DNA of 64,000 nt from assembly GCA_913775595.1 (NCBI GenBank), contig CAJYLB010000001.1:310001-374000 (forward strand), written 5' to 3'. This DNA is from an uncultured Aquiluna sp. (GTDB lineage Bacteria; Actinomycetota; Actinomycetes; Actinomycetales; Microbacteriaceae). The notes under the pieces were generated by a model. It had not been told where the DNA came from. It made no database searches and saw nothing but the letters and a program-made list of their open reading frames with translations. The position numbers and the translations under genes were made by a program. The stretch's first letter is position 1. Every line of letters begins with the position of its first letter. Of this stretch, positions 16,475 through 26,802 are shown in pieces.

Positions 16475-17435
16475 CTTCGATTCGCTGCTATTGGACCTCG
16501 ATGGAGTTGTCTATCGCGGAAAAGAAGCCATACCAGGTGCGGTTGAGGCAATCAATCGCGCACAATCACTTGGCAAGAAGATTGGCTACATCACTAACAA
16601 TGCTTCTCGCACCCCTTCCCAGATAGCAGACCAACTCAGAGGATTTGGGTTATCACTTTCGGATGACGACATTGTCGGCTCTGCTAGAGCAGGTGCCAAG
16701 TTATTGGCTGAGCGAATTCCACCAGGTTCGAAAGTCCTGGTTGTTGGAGGCGAGGGTCTGCGATCTGAGGTTGCTGCGGTTGGCTTTAGGGTTGTCGATT
16801 CTGCTAGCGATCACCCCGATGCCGTGATTCAAGGATTTAGCCCCAGTGTTGGTTGGGAGCATTTGGCTCAAGCAGCTTTCGCCATCCAGGCGGGGGCTAC
16901 ATGGATTGCTACCAACCAGGATTGGACTATCCCTCTCGAGGCCGGTATTGCACCTGGAAACGGGACCTTGGTTGGGGCAGTCCACACGGCAGTAGGTCAG
17001 CTCCCTGAGTTTGCTGGAAAGCCCTTTCGCCCAATCTTTGACGCTGCCCTCAAACAACTCGAGATTCAGACACCACTAGTTATTGGTGATCGATTGGACA
17101 CCGACATCAAAGGCGCAATCGATGCGGGTTTGGATTCTGCATGTGTGCTGACCGGAATTGCGACCAAAAAAGAGCTCCTCGGTGCTAAGAGTGACGAGCG
17201 TCCGAACTACATTCTGAGCGACCTAGGTCAACTGTTCGAGGACTATCCCACAATCAAACCAACAAAGCGAGGCGCAGTCTGTCGCTCGGGCGAAGTCGAA
17301 CTTTTGGGAGACCAAGTTGTTTGTAGTTCCCAAAACCCCAGAGAATTGGACTCCCTCAGGGCTGCCACGAGCCTAATCTGGTCAAGCGGCAGGCCAATCT
17401 ACGGCTTACAGGTTGAACCAGAGTTAATGAACTAG
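16461..17435 (+). CDS. HAD-IIA family hydrolase (NagD-like)
   Basis: DLDGVVY, TNNASR, GKP and GDRLDTDI motifs. Confidence 0.92.
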   Translation: MLLDNFDSLLLDLDGVVYRGKEAIPGAVEAINRAQSLGKKIGYITNNASRTPSQIADQLRGFGLSLSDDDIVGSARAGAKLLAERIPPGSKVLVVGGEGLRSEVAAVGFRVVDSASDHPDAVIQGFSPSVGWEHLAQAAFAIQAGATWIATNQDWTIPLEAGIAPGNGTLVGAVHTAVGQLPEFAGKPFRPIFDAALKQLEIQTPLVIGDRLDTDIKGAIDAGLDSACVLTGIATKKELLGAKSDERPNYILSDLGQLFEDYPTIKPTKRGAVCRSGEVELLGDQVVCSSQNPRELDSLRAATSLIWSSGRPIYGLQVEPELMN

Positions 17436-17442
17436 GAGAGCA

Positions 17443-17556
17443 GTGGAAGAAGACTACGAAGCTCGCATCCAAGAGATTGAAAAGATGGAGCCTGAGGCCC
17501 AGATTGAGGCGCTTAAGAAGCTTGTTGCAGAGCTCGAGGGGCTACTGGGCAGTTGA
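17443..17556 (+). CDS. Small acidic hypothetical protein (37 aa, MEEDYEARIQEIEKMEPEAQIEALKKLVAELEGLLGS)
   Basis: GGAG RBS and GTG start. Fills the gap exactly, and its TGA overlaps the tlyA TTG (TTGA). Below the ORF-track size cutoff. Confidence 0.7.
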   Translation: MEEDYEARIQEIEKMEPEAQIEALKKLVAELEGLLGS

Positions 17557-18269
17557 GGCTTGACCAAGCGCTAACCAAGCGCGGACTTTCCCGCAGTCGA
17601 AACCAAGCTGCAAGGCTCATCCAGCAAGGGTCGGTCACGGTAAATGGAGTCACGCAGACCAAGGCATCATTCGCCGTCCTGGAATCGGACGTCGTTGAAA
17701 CCAAAGAAGTACTCGCCATCTCGAGAGCGGGGGAGAAGCTTGCCTTTGCCTTGCAAGAGTTCGGCGTGACACCCTCCGGAGTTTGTTTGGATATCGGTGC
17801 TAGCACCGGGGGCTTCACCGAGGTCCTGCTGTCTGAGGGGGCCCAAAAAGTCGTCGCAATCGATGTTGGGCACGATCAACTCTCTCCAGAGCTGAAGCTT
17901 GATCCGAGAGTAATCAATGTCGAGGGTTGCAACGTAAGAGAATTGACCCTTGAGCAGCTAAGGAAGATAGAGCCCTCACGGCCCGGGTTATTGGTGGCTG
18001 ATTTGAGCTTTATTTCTCTAACTGTGGTGGCAGAGAAGCTTGTCGAATTGGCCCAGGGGGCTGAGATGGTAGTCCTGATAAAGCCTCAATTCGAGTTGAG
18101 CAAAGAAAAGCTTCGCGCGGGAGTTGTGAAATCAGATGCCGATCGCGAATTCGCTAAGGCAAGCGTCTTAGAAAGTTTCGAGTCTCTATACCGCGACGTA
18201 GTTGGAGTTACCGTTTCCCCAGTTGTTGGCAGCAAGGGAAACGTTGAATACCTCGCCCACATTAGATAA
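17553..18269 (+). CDS. tlyA: TlyA family rRNA (cytidine-2'-O)-methyltransferase
   Basis: S4 domain RLDQAL..RGLSRSR, plus LDIGASTGGFT, DLSFISL, KPQFE and GNVEY. Confidence 0.93.
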   Translation: MRLDQALTKRGLSRSRNQAARLIQQGSVTVNGVTQTKASFAVLESDVVETKEVLAISRAGEKLAFALQEFGVTPSGVCLDIGASTGGFTEVLLSEGAQKVVAIDVGHDQLSPELKLDPRVINVEGCNVRELTLEQLRKIEPSRPGLLVADLSFISLTVVAEKLVELAQGAEMVVLIKPQFELSKEKLRAGVVKSDADREFAKASVLESFESLYRDVVGVTVSPVVGSKGNVEYLAHIR

Positions 18270-18350
18270 GTAATGGCAGAGCCGATTAGCTGTTGAAAAG
18301 TCCTTCGCAGGACTGAACCCAGTAGCCTTTTGGTTGAAGGAGTTATGGGC

Positions 18351-19247
18351 ATGAAGCGAGTTTTGATAGTCATCAGCCACGCTGATGATTCCGCCGCCCA
18401 TGAGGCTGCTCTTGCTTGCCAGCACCTGGCCAAACAAGGTATCGACTGCGTCTTCGACAGCGACGATTTGGCGCACTTTGTTTCCTTGGGAGTCGGTGCT
18501 CCTGAGGGTTCGAAAACCTACTCCGGCGAACAGCTTGACTTGGTAATGGTTCTTGGTGGCGATGGAAGCATTCTTAGGGCTGCAGAGATCGTGAATTCCA
18601 ACCCTGCCCCAATCCTCGGCATCAATCTTGGTCACGTGGGCTTTATGACTGAGGTGGAGAGATCTGAAATCGCTCAAGTATTAGATGCTGTTTCAGCTGG
18701 AAACTTTTCGACTAGTGATCGAACAACCCTCGAGGTCAAAGTTTGGCAGGAGGGTAAAGAGGTATTCTCCAGCTGGGCAATTAACGAGGTGGCTGTCGAG
18801 AAAAGCGCTCGTGAGCGCATGCTCGAGGTCGTTTTGGAGATCGACGCCCGGCCAGTCTCGAGTTTTGGTTGCGACGGAGTTCTAGTCAGCACCCCCACCG
18901 GCTCAACTGCATATGCCTTCAGTGCTGGAGGTCCAATTGTTTGGCCCAATGTGGAGGCATTTGTGGTTGTGCCTTTGAGCGCACACGCTCTTTTTGCAAG
19001 GCCCATGGTCATCGATCCGCAGTCAACTGTTGCGGTTGAGGTCTTGCGAAGATCTCCAGGGAGTGGCGTGCTTTGGTGCGATGGTAGGAGAACCTTTGAC
19101 CTAGGACCTGGAGCGCGTATCGAGGTTGTCAAGCGTCCAGAGCCGGTAAAGATGGTTGTCCTAGATAATGCCCCCTTTGCGGATCGTCTGGTGAGGAAGT
19201 TCTCGCTGCCGGTGTCGGGTTGGCGAGGTCCGGAGGCAGAGGCTTGA
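18351..19247 (+). CDS. ppnK: NAD kinase
   Basis: LGGDGS, GINLGHVGF, NE and DG..VSTPTGSTAY motifs. Start ATG 18351 follows AAGGAG. Confidence 0.95.
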   Translation: MKRVLIVISHADDSAAHEAALACQHLAKQGIDCVFDSDDLAHFVSLGVGAPEGSKTYSGEQLDLVMVLGGDGSILRAAEIVNSNPAPILGINLGHVGFMTEVERSEIAQVLDAVSAGNFSTSDRTTLEVKVWQEGKEVFSSWAINEVAVEKSARERMLEVVLEIDARPVSSFGCDGVLVSTPTGSTAYAFSAGGPIVWPNVEAFVVVPLSAHALFARPMVIDPQSTVAVEVLRRSPGSGVLWCDGRRTFDLGPGARIEVVKRPEPVKMVVLDNAPFADRLVRKFSLPVSGWRGPEAEA

Positions 19248-20908
19248 TTGAGTCGCTGTCTATTAGGTCTATTGGAGTCATAAGTTCGGCCAATCTGGAG
19301 CTAGCTCCCGGTTTCACCGCTCTAACTGGGGAGACGGGCGCTGGAAAAACGATGGTGCTTACGGCACTAGGGCTACTTTTGGGCGAGCGCGCTGACTCCT
19401 CGAGCGTTAGAACCGGCGAGAAGCAACTATTTGTTGAAGGTCGAATCCGATCTGCGAATAAAGATCTCTTGGACCGACTTGAGGAGCTTGGCGCTGATGT
19501 CACAGGCGGGGAAGTGATCATTAACCGCTCTGTTACCTCAGATGGACGGTCTCGTGCGGCAATTGGCGGAGCATCCGTCCCCATCTCCACGCTAAACGAG
19601 ATTGCCGAGGAGCTCGTCACCGTTCACGGACAGTCGGACCAGCTGCGCCTTCGTTCAAGCGCAAATCAGCGGGAAGCGCTAGACCAGTTTGGTGCTGAGG
19701 AAATAGCTGGCGCTAAGAACGCCTACGCACAGCTATTTAGCCAGTATCGCGAACTTGAGCAGCGCCTTGAGCGAATGCGCGGCTCAAGTGAGGCTGATGC
19801 GATCCGAATTCAACGACTTAGGGAGCAGATCGCTGACATAGAAAAAGTCAGTCCAGAGCCTGACGAACTAGGCCGAATCGATGAGCAGGTGAAGCGGCTC
19901 AGCAATGTCGAGTCGCTGCGGCTATCTGCTGGAACCGCACACGACGCTCTCACTGGCGATGACGGGATCGATGCCGGAGTACTGCTTGGGCAGGCTCGCA
20001 AAGCTCTCGAAACCTCTGGGGACTCAAAGCTTCAGGAGTTGGCGGCTCAGGCCTCTGAGGCGGCCGCAATTGCCGCTGATCTCGCGGCTGAACTGACATC
20101 TTTTCTCGATGAGCTGGATGCAGATCCAGCCAAGCTTGAGCAGTTGATGTCTCGAAAAGCGGAGCTTGTTGCCCTCGAGCGCCGCTATGGAAACTCAGCT
20201 GACCAGCTGGTCGAGCTGCTACCCAGTCTGCAGGCAGAGCTTCTGGATTTGGATTCTTCAGATGAGCAGTTGGAAAAGCTGGAAATGCAGTTTGAAGCCA
20301 CCTCTTCGCAGCTATCCTTCGCGGCCGGTCAGCTAACCGAACTTCGCCAAAAAGCCGGTGAGCAGCTAGCTGCGCGAGTAACCCAGGAGCTCTCAGCCCT
20401 TGCAATGGGAGGGTCATCTTTGGAGGTGAGAGTAAGCCCTTTGGCTAGCTTCGAAGCCTCGGGGCTCGACAAGGTAGAGCTTCTGCTTGCCGCTCATCCC
20501 GGTGCAGAGCCTAGGCCCCTTGGTAAGGGCGCATCGGGTGGAGAGCTTTCGAGGATTATGCTCGCAATTGAGCTTGTGCTCTCCAGCAATCAAGTGTTGC
20601 CAACCATGGTCTTTGACGAGGTTGATGCCGGCGTGGGAGGTGCTGCGGCAATCGAGTTGGGGAAGCGCCTGAGCCAACTAGCCCAGTCGACGCAGGTAAT
20701 TGTCGTTACCCACCTGCCGCAGGTGGCTGCATTTGCAGATCACCAGATACGTGTCTCTAAAGATGTGTCTGGCGAGATTACGGAGTCAAGCGTTAGTCTG
20801 TTGAGCCGGCAAGAACGCGAGGGCGAGCTTGCAAGAATGCTCTCGGGGAACTCAACCAGCGAAGTCGCCCTGGAGCACGCTAGAGAATTGCTCGATTTCC
20901 AAAAATAA
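19244..20908 (+). CDS. recN: DNA repair protein RecN
   Basis: Walker A TGETGAGKT, signature ASGGELSR, FDEVDAGVGG and VTHLPQVAA. TTG start overlaps the ppnK stop. Confidence 0.96.
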   Translation: MIESLSIRSIGVISSANLELAPGFTALTGETGAGKTMVLTALGLLLGERADSSSVRTGEKQLFVEGRIRSANKDLLDRLEELGADVTGGEVIINRSVTSDGRSRAAIGGASVPISTLNEIAEELVTVHGQSDQLRLRSSANQREALDQFGAEEIAGAKNAYAQLFSQYRELEQRLERMRGSSEADAIRIQRLREQIADIEKVSPEPDELGRIDEQVKRLSNVESLRLSAGTAHDALTGDDGIDAGVLLGQARKALETSGDSKLQELAAQASEAAAIAADLAAELTSFLDELDADPAKLEQLMSRKAELVALERRYGNSADQLVELLPSLQAELLDLDSSDEQLEKLEMQFEATSSQLSFAAGQLTELRQKAGEQLAARVTQELSALAMGGSSLEVRVSPLASFEASGLDKVELLLAAHPGAEPRPLGKGASGGELSRIMLAIELVLSSNQVLPTMVFDEVDAGVGGAAAIELGKRLSQLAQSTQVIVVTHLPQVAAFADHQIRVSKDVSGEITESSVSLLSRQEREGELARMLSGNSTSEVALEHARELLDFQK

Positions 20909-20959
20909 AAACATGTCTGTCTGGGCCAGCTGGTCCTGCGGGTGATAGATTGAAGTTCC

Positions 20960-22624
20960 ATGGCGGTTAGCTCTGGGAATGTAAGACATGTGTTTGTCAC
21001 CGGAGGCGTCGCCTCCTCACTAGGTAAGGGCCTTACCGCCGCCTCTTTGGGAAATCTCCTTCGTGCAAGAGGTCTCTCTGTGGTTATGCAGAAGCTAGAC
21101 CCATATCTAAACGTCGATCCCGGGACCATGAACCCGTTCCAACACGGGGAAGTTTTCGTTACTGACGACGGTGCTGAGACCGACTTGGACATCGGTCATT
21201 ACGAGCGTTTTCTGGACATAAATCTAAACTCGGCGGCCAATGTAACCACGGGCCAGGCCTACTCCACCGTTATTGCCAAGGAGCGCAGCGGCGAGTATTT
21301 GGGCGATACGGTCCAGGTGATTCCTCACATCACTGACGAGCTCAAACGAAGAATGCGTCTTCAAGCTGAGATGGACCCAAAGCCAGATGTCATCATCACT
21401 GAAATTGGTGGAACCGTGGGCGACATTGAGTCTCAGCCGTTTATGGAGGCCGCCCGTCAGGTCCGGCAAGACGTAGGAAGAGACAACGTTTTCTTTGTGC
21501 ACGTCACTCTAGTTCCCTTCCTCAACCCCTCAGGCGAGCTGAAAACCAAGCCAACTCAGCACTCGGTGGCGATGCTAAGGTCTCTGGGTATTCAACCTGA
21601 CGCGATTGTTTGTCGATCAGATCGGGACCTTCCTGACTCGATCAAGAACAAGATTGCTTTGATGTGTGACGTGGACAGGGAGGCAGTGGTCACTGCGGCC
21701 GATGCTGCTTCGATCTATGACATTCCAAAGGTTCTTCACTCGGAGGGCCTCGATTCCTACATAATCAAGGCGCTCGATTTGAAGGCGAAGGACGTGGACT
21801 GGAGCGGATGGCAGCCAGTGCTCACGGCAGTTCACGAGCCAAAGCACGAGGTGAACATAGCTTTGGTAGGCAAGTACATTGACCTTCCAGATGCTTACCT
21901 CTCTGTGACAGAAGCACTCCGGGCGGGTGGTTTTGCAAACTCCAGCAAGGTAAACATCCACTGGATCAAGTCTGACGAGTGCGAGTCTCCAGCTGGAGCC
22001 AGAGAAAACCTTGCAGATATGGATGGCATTTGTGTTCCAGGGGGCTTTGGTATCAGGGGCATTGAGGGAAAGCTAGGAGCTTTAAAGTTTGCTCGTGAAA
22101 ACGGAATTCCAACCCTGGGTCTTTGCCTAGGGCTGCAGTGCATGGTTATTGAGTACTCGCGCAATGTGGTGGGGATTGAGGGTGCTACCTCGAGTGAGTT
22201 CGAACCTGAAGCCAAGAACCACGTGATTGCAACCATGGCAGAGCAGGTGGAGCTACTAGATAACTCAGAGATGGGCGGAACCATGAGGTTGGGGCTCTAC
22301 GAGGCAAAACTCGCTGAGGGTTCCCTAGTGAAGTCACTGTATGGATCAGACACAGCATCTGAGCGCCACCGCCACCGCTATGAGGTGAACAACGCTTTCC
22401 GAGACCAGATCGCTGCAAGCGGCATGGTCTTCTCGGGCACCTCGCCAGATGGGAGCCTTGTTGAATATGTTGAACTTCCAACAAGTGTTCACCCGTTTTA
22501 TCTCGCCACCCAGGCACATCCGGAATTTAAGTCCAGGCCAACCAAAGCAAACCCGCTCTTCGATGGACTGATCAAGGCCGCGCTAGAGAGGCAAAAGTCG
22601 CAGCGGCTATTTGACGAAAGCTAG
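20960..22624 (+). CDS. pyrG: CTP synthase
   Basis: [36 protein letters not shown] and QAHPEF. Confidence 0.98.
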   Translation: MAVSSGNVRHVFVTGGVASSLGKGLTAASLGNLLRARGLSVVMQKLDPYLNVDPGTMNPFQHGEVFVTDDGAETDLDIGHYERFLDINLNSAANVTTGQAYSTVIAKERSGEYLGDTVQVIPHITDELKRRMRLQAEMDPKPDVIITEIGGTVGDIESQPFMEAARQVRQDVGRDNVFFVHVTLVPFLNPSGELKTKPTQHSVAMLRSLGIQPDAIVCRSDRDLPDSIKNKIALMCDVDREAVVTAADAASIYDIPKVLHSEGLDSYIIKALDLKAKDVDWSGWQPVLTAVHEPKHEVNIALVGKYIDLPDAYLSVTEALRAGGFANSSKVNIHWIKSDECESPAGARENLADMDGICVPGGFGIRGIEGKLGALKFARENGIPTLGLCLGLQCMVIEYSRNVVGIEGATSSEFEPEAKNHVIATMAEQVELLDNSEMGGTMRLGLYEAKLAEGSLVKSLYGSDTASERHRHRYEVNNAFRDQIAASGMVFSGTSPDGSLVEYVELPTSVHPFYLATQAHPEFKSRPTKANPLFDGLIKAALERQKSQRLFDES

Positions 22625-22626
22625 TA

Positions 22627-23526
22627 GTGATGACGCCGCTTGAGCGCTACCTGCGGCACCTCACGGTTGAGCGCGGACTTTCCAAAAACACTCTCGCTGC
22701 ATACCGAACGGACCTGAATAAGTACGCGGCGTATCTAGAATCGGTTGGGGTAGAAGCGATTAGTGCCACGGCATCAAATCTTGAGGCTTTCGCTAATCAA
22801 CTCACCGATGCAAAGCTCAAGGCATCCAGCCGGGCAAGGATTCTTGCCGCGGTCCGAGGTTTTCACAAGTTTCTCGCTCTCGAGGGCCTCAGGGATGATG
22901 ATCCAACGTCCAGGTTTCGCCCTCCAAAGCTCCCTAGCAGGCTTCCAAAGGCGCTTTCTCAGGAACAGGTAGTCAGGCTCCTAGAGGCTGCCGGCCCTGA
23001 GCCCGATGATGAGGCAGCAGATCGAATCAGACTGCGAGATAGAGCAATTGTCGAGCTGATGTATTCGACTGGTGCCAGGGTTAGTGAGGTCGTTTCATTA
23101 GACCTCGATGAGGTGACCGATGACGGTCTGATCAGAGTCAGGGGCAAAGGATCTAAGGAGCGGATTGTTCCGGTCGGGTCTTTCGCGGCCAAAAGTCTGG
23201 ATGCGTATCTCGTGAGAACCAGGCCCGAGCTGGCACTGCTTCGAGGCGACAGAGCAGTCTTTTTGAATAAGCAGGGCGGGAGGCTTTCGAGACAGAGTAT
23301 CTGGGACATTATCCAGAGAGCGGGGGTTGCAGCAGGGGTTAAAGTTTCTCCGCATACCCTCAGGCATTCTTTTGCAACGCACCTAATCGAGGGTGGTGCA
23401 GATGTCAGGGTGGTGCAGGAGCTTTTAGGCCACGCATCAGTTGCAACCACCCAGATTTACACCTTGATAACTGTTGACACGCTGCGCGAGGTGTATGCGC
23501 AAGCTCATCCCCGCGCTCGGCGGTAG
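22627..23526 (+). CDS. xerD: Tyrosine recombinase XerD
   Basis: VERGLSKNTLAAY, TGARVSE, GKGSKER, HTLRHSFATH and LGHASVATTQIYT. Conserved position between pyrG and parA-scpAB. Confidence 0.93.
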   Translation: MMTPLERYLRHLTVERGLSKNTLAAYRTDLNKYAAYLESVGVEAISATASNLEAFANQLTDAKLKASSRARILAAVRGFHKFLALEGLRDDDPTSRFRPPKLPSRLPKALSQEQVVRLLEAAGPEPDDEAADRIRLRDRAIVELMYSTGARVSEVVSLDLDEVTDDGLIRVRGKGSKERIVPVGSFAAKSLDAYLVRTRPELALLRGDRAVFLNKQGGRLSRQSIWDIIQRAGVAAGVKVSPHTLRHSFATHLIEGGADVRVVQELLGHASVATTQIYTLITVDTLREVYAQAHPRARR

Positions 23527-23554
23527 GCTAGAGCAATAAAAATGGGAGGTCACG

Positions 23555-24379
23555 GTGGATCTTTCTAAGAAGACTTTCGCCACCCCGGCCAAGCTAAAGC
23601 AGCATGGCCCCGCACGCATCATTGCCATGTGCAATCAAAAGGGTGGTGTAGGCAAGACCACAACAACCATCAACCTTGCAGCTGCGCTGGCGGAGTACGG
23701 CAGGAAAATACTGGTTGTTGACTTCGACCCCCAAGGAGCTCTGTCGGTCAACCTCGCGAGCGACTACCAAGAGGCGCCAACGATTTATGACCTCATGATG
23801 GACACATCGATGAGCCCCAAAGAGGCCATCCAGCAGACCAACATCGAGAATCTCGACATCATCCCAGCGAACATCGACCTTTCCGCGGCAGAGATGAACC
23901 TTGTCACCGAAATGGGTAGAGAGCGGGTTCTCGACGGAATTCTCAAGAAGGTAAAGACCGACTACGACGTAATCTTCATTGATTGCCAGCCATCTCTAGG
24001 ACTCCTCACCGTAAACGCTCTCACTGCAGCTCACGGCGTATTGATTCCAATGGCAACAGAGTTTTTTGCTCTAAGGGGAGTGGCACTGCTGATTCAGACG
24101 ATCGACAAGGTCAAGGCTCGAACCAATCCGACTCTCGAGCTGGATGGTTTGATTCCAACTATGCACGACCAGCGCACTCTGCACTCGAGAGAGGTACTCG
24201 AAAGGCTTCAAGAGGCCTTCCCTGGCAAGGTTTTTGACACGGCGATTGGCCGCACTGTTAAGTTCCCCGATGCGACCGTTGCAAAGAAGCCGATAACTCA
24301 GTTTGCTCCCTCTTCGGATGCAGCCGAGGGTTACCGCAGAGTTGCCAGAGAGCTTGTAAAGCGTGGCTGTGCAGCTTGA
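23555..24379 (+). CDS. ParA/Soj family ATPase
   Basis: Deviant Walker A NQKGGVGKTT, DFDPQG and DCQPSLGLLT. Lies upstream of scpAB. Confidence 0.92.
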   Translation: MDLSKKTFATPAKLKQHGPARIIAMCNQKGGVGKTTTTINLAAALAEYGRKILVVDFDPQGALSVNLASDYQEAPTIYDLMMDTSMSPKEAIQQTNIENLDIIPANIDLSAAEMNLVTEMGRERVLDGILKKVKTDYDVIFIDCQPSLGLLTVNALTAAHGVLIPMATEFFALRGVALLIQTIDKVKARTNPTLELDGLIPTMHDQRTLHSREVLERLQEAFPGKVFDTAIGRTVKFPDATVAKKPITQFAPSSDAAEGYRRVARELVKRGCAA

Positions 24380-25166
24380 GTCTGAGGTCGACTTTCAGCT
24401 TCAGCTCGATAACTTCGAAGGCCCCTTTGATCTGCTGCTGAGCCTCATTGGCCGGCACGAAATGGAGATCACCCAGGTGGCACTCGCTAAAGTCACCAAT
24501 GAATTCCTGAAGTACGTCAAAGGGCTGGATGCAAAAAAAGAGATTGACAGTGCGAGTGAATTTTTAGTTGTCGCCGCGACTCTTCTCGACATGAAACTCG
24601 CGAGCTTGCTCCCTCAGGGCGAAGTTGTTGACTCTGAGGATGTTGGCCTTCTTGAGGCGAGGGACTTGCTATTCGCAAGGCTCCTGCAATACCGGGCCTT
24701 CAAGGAAGTCTCTGCCTGGTTTGGCACAGCACTTGATATCGAGTCCCATCGCTACCCAAGAGCTGTGCGCCTGGAGGAGCAATACCGAAACCTTCGCCCG
24801 GAGCTTGAGTGGACAACTAACATCCATGAGCTTCACGACATCGCAAAGGCAGCCCTTGCTCCAAAAGCTGTTCCCGAGGTGAGCACGGCACACCTACACG
24901 CTCCAAAGGTGTCAATCCGCGAGCAGGTTGGGATTATGGTCAAAAAGCTCAAGCAGGCAGGCAAGCTAACCTTTCGGCAGCTAATCAGTGACGTGAGTGA
25001 CCGAGCGGAGTTTGTTGCGAGATTCTTAGGCGTTTTAGAGCTCTATCGAATCGGCGCCGTTGGCCTGACGCAGGAGGAGAGCTTTAGCGAAATCGATATT
25101 CATTGGCAATCAAAAGACGTAGATCAGGATCAACTGGCAAAATTGGGCGCTGACTATGACAACTGA
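24363..25166 (+). CDS. scpA: Segregation and condensation protein A
   Basis: FEGPFDLLLSLI, SEFLVVAATLL and a C-terminal FLGVLEL. Confidence 0.93.
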   Translation: MAVQLESEVDFQLQLDNFEGPFDLLLSLIGRHEMEITQVALAKVTNEFLKYVKGLDAKKEIDSASEFLVVAATLLDMKLASLLPQGEVVDSEDVGLLEARDLLFARLLQYRAFKEVSAWFGTALDIESHRYPRAVRLEEQYRNLRPELEWTTNIHELHDIAKAALAPKAVPEVSTAHLHAPKVSIREQVGIMVKKLKQAGKLTFRQLISDVSDRAEFVARFLGVLELYRIGAVGLTQEESFSEIDIHWQSKDVDQDQLAKLGADYDN

Positions 25167-25704
25167 CCTTTCAATGCGTGCAGCCCTTGAGGCCTTGCTA
25201 ACTGTATCCGAAACCCCGCTCAGCATAGTCACGCTCGCGGGAGCGCTTGAGGCTCCGATTAGCGAGGTCCGCAAGGAAATCGCAGCATTGCAGGAGGACT
25301 ACGACTCGGCACACGAAGGCCAGGGAAGGGGCTTTGAGCTTCGAGAAATCGGTGGTGGCTGGAGGCTCTACGTTCGTCAGACACATGACTGGGCAGTTAG
25401 GCAGCTGGTTGCAAACGAGAATCCTGCCAAGCTGTCCCAGGCAGCTCTTGAGACTTTGTCTGTTATTGCCTATAGGCAGCCAATCTCACGCGGCCAAGTC
25501 TCCTCAATTCGTGGCGTGAACGTGGATTCGGTCGTTCGGACGCTCATATCTAGGGGGTTGGTCACGGAGGTTTTCCAAGACCAGGACTCGGGAGCCAGCA
25601 TGTTTGGCACCACTGATCTCCTGCTTGAACAGCTGGGCATCAATTCGCTCGATGAACTTCCTCCAATAAGCCCCCACCTGCCAGATCAGGACGACATTGA
25701 CTGA
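25156..25704 (+). CDS. scpB: SMC-Scp complex subunit ScpB
   Basis: LSQAALETLSVIAYRQPISR, IRGVN and LDELP. Confidence 0.94.
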   Translation: MTTDLSMRAALEALLTVSETPLSIVTLAGALEAPISEVRKEIAALQEDYDSAHEGQGRGFELREIGGGWRLYVRQTHDWAVRQLVANENPAKLSQAALETLSVIAYRQPISRGQVSSIRGVNVDSVVRTLISRGLVTEVFQDQDSGASMFGTTDLLLEQLGINSLDELPPISPHLPDQDDID

Positions 25705-26440
25705 GCCAATACGGCTGCAGAAGGCACTCTCGGCAGCTGGCGTCTCATCTCGACGCAAGGCAGAGGAGATGATGCTTCAGGGAAGAGTCAAGGTCAATGG
25801 CAAGGTAGTGCGAGAGCTTGGCACAAGGGTTGATCCACAGTCCGACGCTGTGATGGTGGATGGCAGGCCAATTCAATTGGATCCAGACCGCATCTATTTG
25901 GCATTCCACAAACCCAAGGGCATTGTCTCCACGATGGAAGATGAGTACGGGAGACCCTGCCTTGCAGACTTCTTTACGCAGTATGACCGAGTGTTCAATG
26001 TCGGAAGGCTAGATCAGGACACCTCCGGCATTCTGCTGATGACAAACGACGGAGACCTGGCAAACCAGCTCGCGCACCCAAGCTATGAGGTTGAGAAGCT
26101 CTACTTCGCGAAGGTGAAAGGGAAGATCCAAAAAACTGAACTTCAGAGGCTCAGAGATGGTGTCAAGCTCGAGGATGGTCTGCAAAAGGCCGACAGCGTC
26201 AAGCTCATTGATCAAAACAACATCGAGTCTTTGGTGGAGATAACCCTTCACTCTGGCAAGAACAGAATCGTGCGCAGAATGTTTGACGCAGTTGGACATG
26301 AGGTCATAGAGCTCACGCGCAAGAGCTTTGGGCCGCTGAGGCTTGGCCCCATGAAGCCCGGTCAAGTCAGGGAGCTGGGTAAGCTTGAGGTCAGCAGCCT
26401 GATGGAGGCGGCGGGTTCCAGCAAGACAAAGAGGCGCTAG
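25697..26440 (+). CDS. rluB: rRNA pseudouridine synthase (RluB/RsuA family)
   Basis: S4 domain RLQKALSAAGVSSRR and catalytic GRLD. Confidence 0.88.
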   Translation: MTEPIRLQKALSAAGVSSRRKAEEMMLQGRVKVNGKVVRELGTRVDPQSDAVMVDGRPIQLDPDRIYLAFHKPKGIVSTMEDEYGRPCLADFFTQYDRVFNVGRLDQDTSGILLMTNDGDLANQLAHPSYEVEKLYFAKVKGKIQKTELQRLRDGVKLEDGLQKADSVKLIDQNNIESLVEITLHSGKNRIVRRMFDAVGHEVIELTRKSFGPLRLGPMKPGQVRELGKLEVSSLMEAAGSSKTKRR

Positions 26441-26802
26441 TGGCAGTCAGAGCAATTCGCGGAGCGATTCAGCTCGAAAGCGACGACAGAGAGCACTTGC
26501 TCAAGTCGACCGCTGAACTCGTCACAAAGGTTTTGCACGAGAACTCGCTTGATGCCGCAGACCTAATCTCAATTTGGTTCACCGCAACCCCAGATGTCGT
26601 GAGTGAGTTTCCGGCGCTCGCTGCCAGGGAACTTGGGCTGGGAGATGTGCCGCTGATGTGCTCGGTCGAAATGGATGTTGCTGGAGCCATGCCACGGGTT
26701 ATCAGGCTCATGATGCACGTTGAAACCAAGAAGCAGCGATCTGAGATCAGCCACATTTATCTTCGTGGTGCCCAGTCGCTCAGGACCGACCTAGCGCAGT
26801 GA
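26440..26802 (+). CDS. aroH: Chorismate mutase, AroH type
   Basis: VRAIRGA, FTATPD, FPA and HIYLRGA..LRTD. Confidence 0.92.
   Translation: MAVRAIRGAIQLESDDREHLLKSTAELVTKVLHENSLDAADLISIWFTATPDVVSEFPALAARELGLGDVPLMCSVEMDVAGAMPRVIRLMMHVETKKQRSEISHIYLRGAQSLRTDLAQ

Noticed and set aside
22627..23526. xerD as the cassette integrase or sign of a prophage
   Set aside because: It is housekeeping XerD in its conserved pyrG-parA-scpAB context and has no N-terminal arm-binding extension. The att core does not resemble dif.
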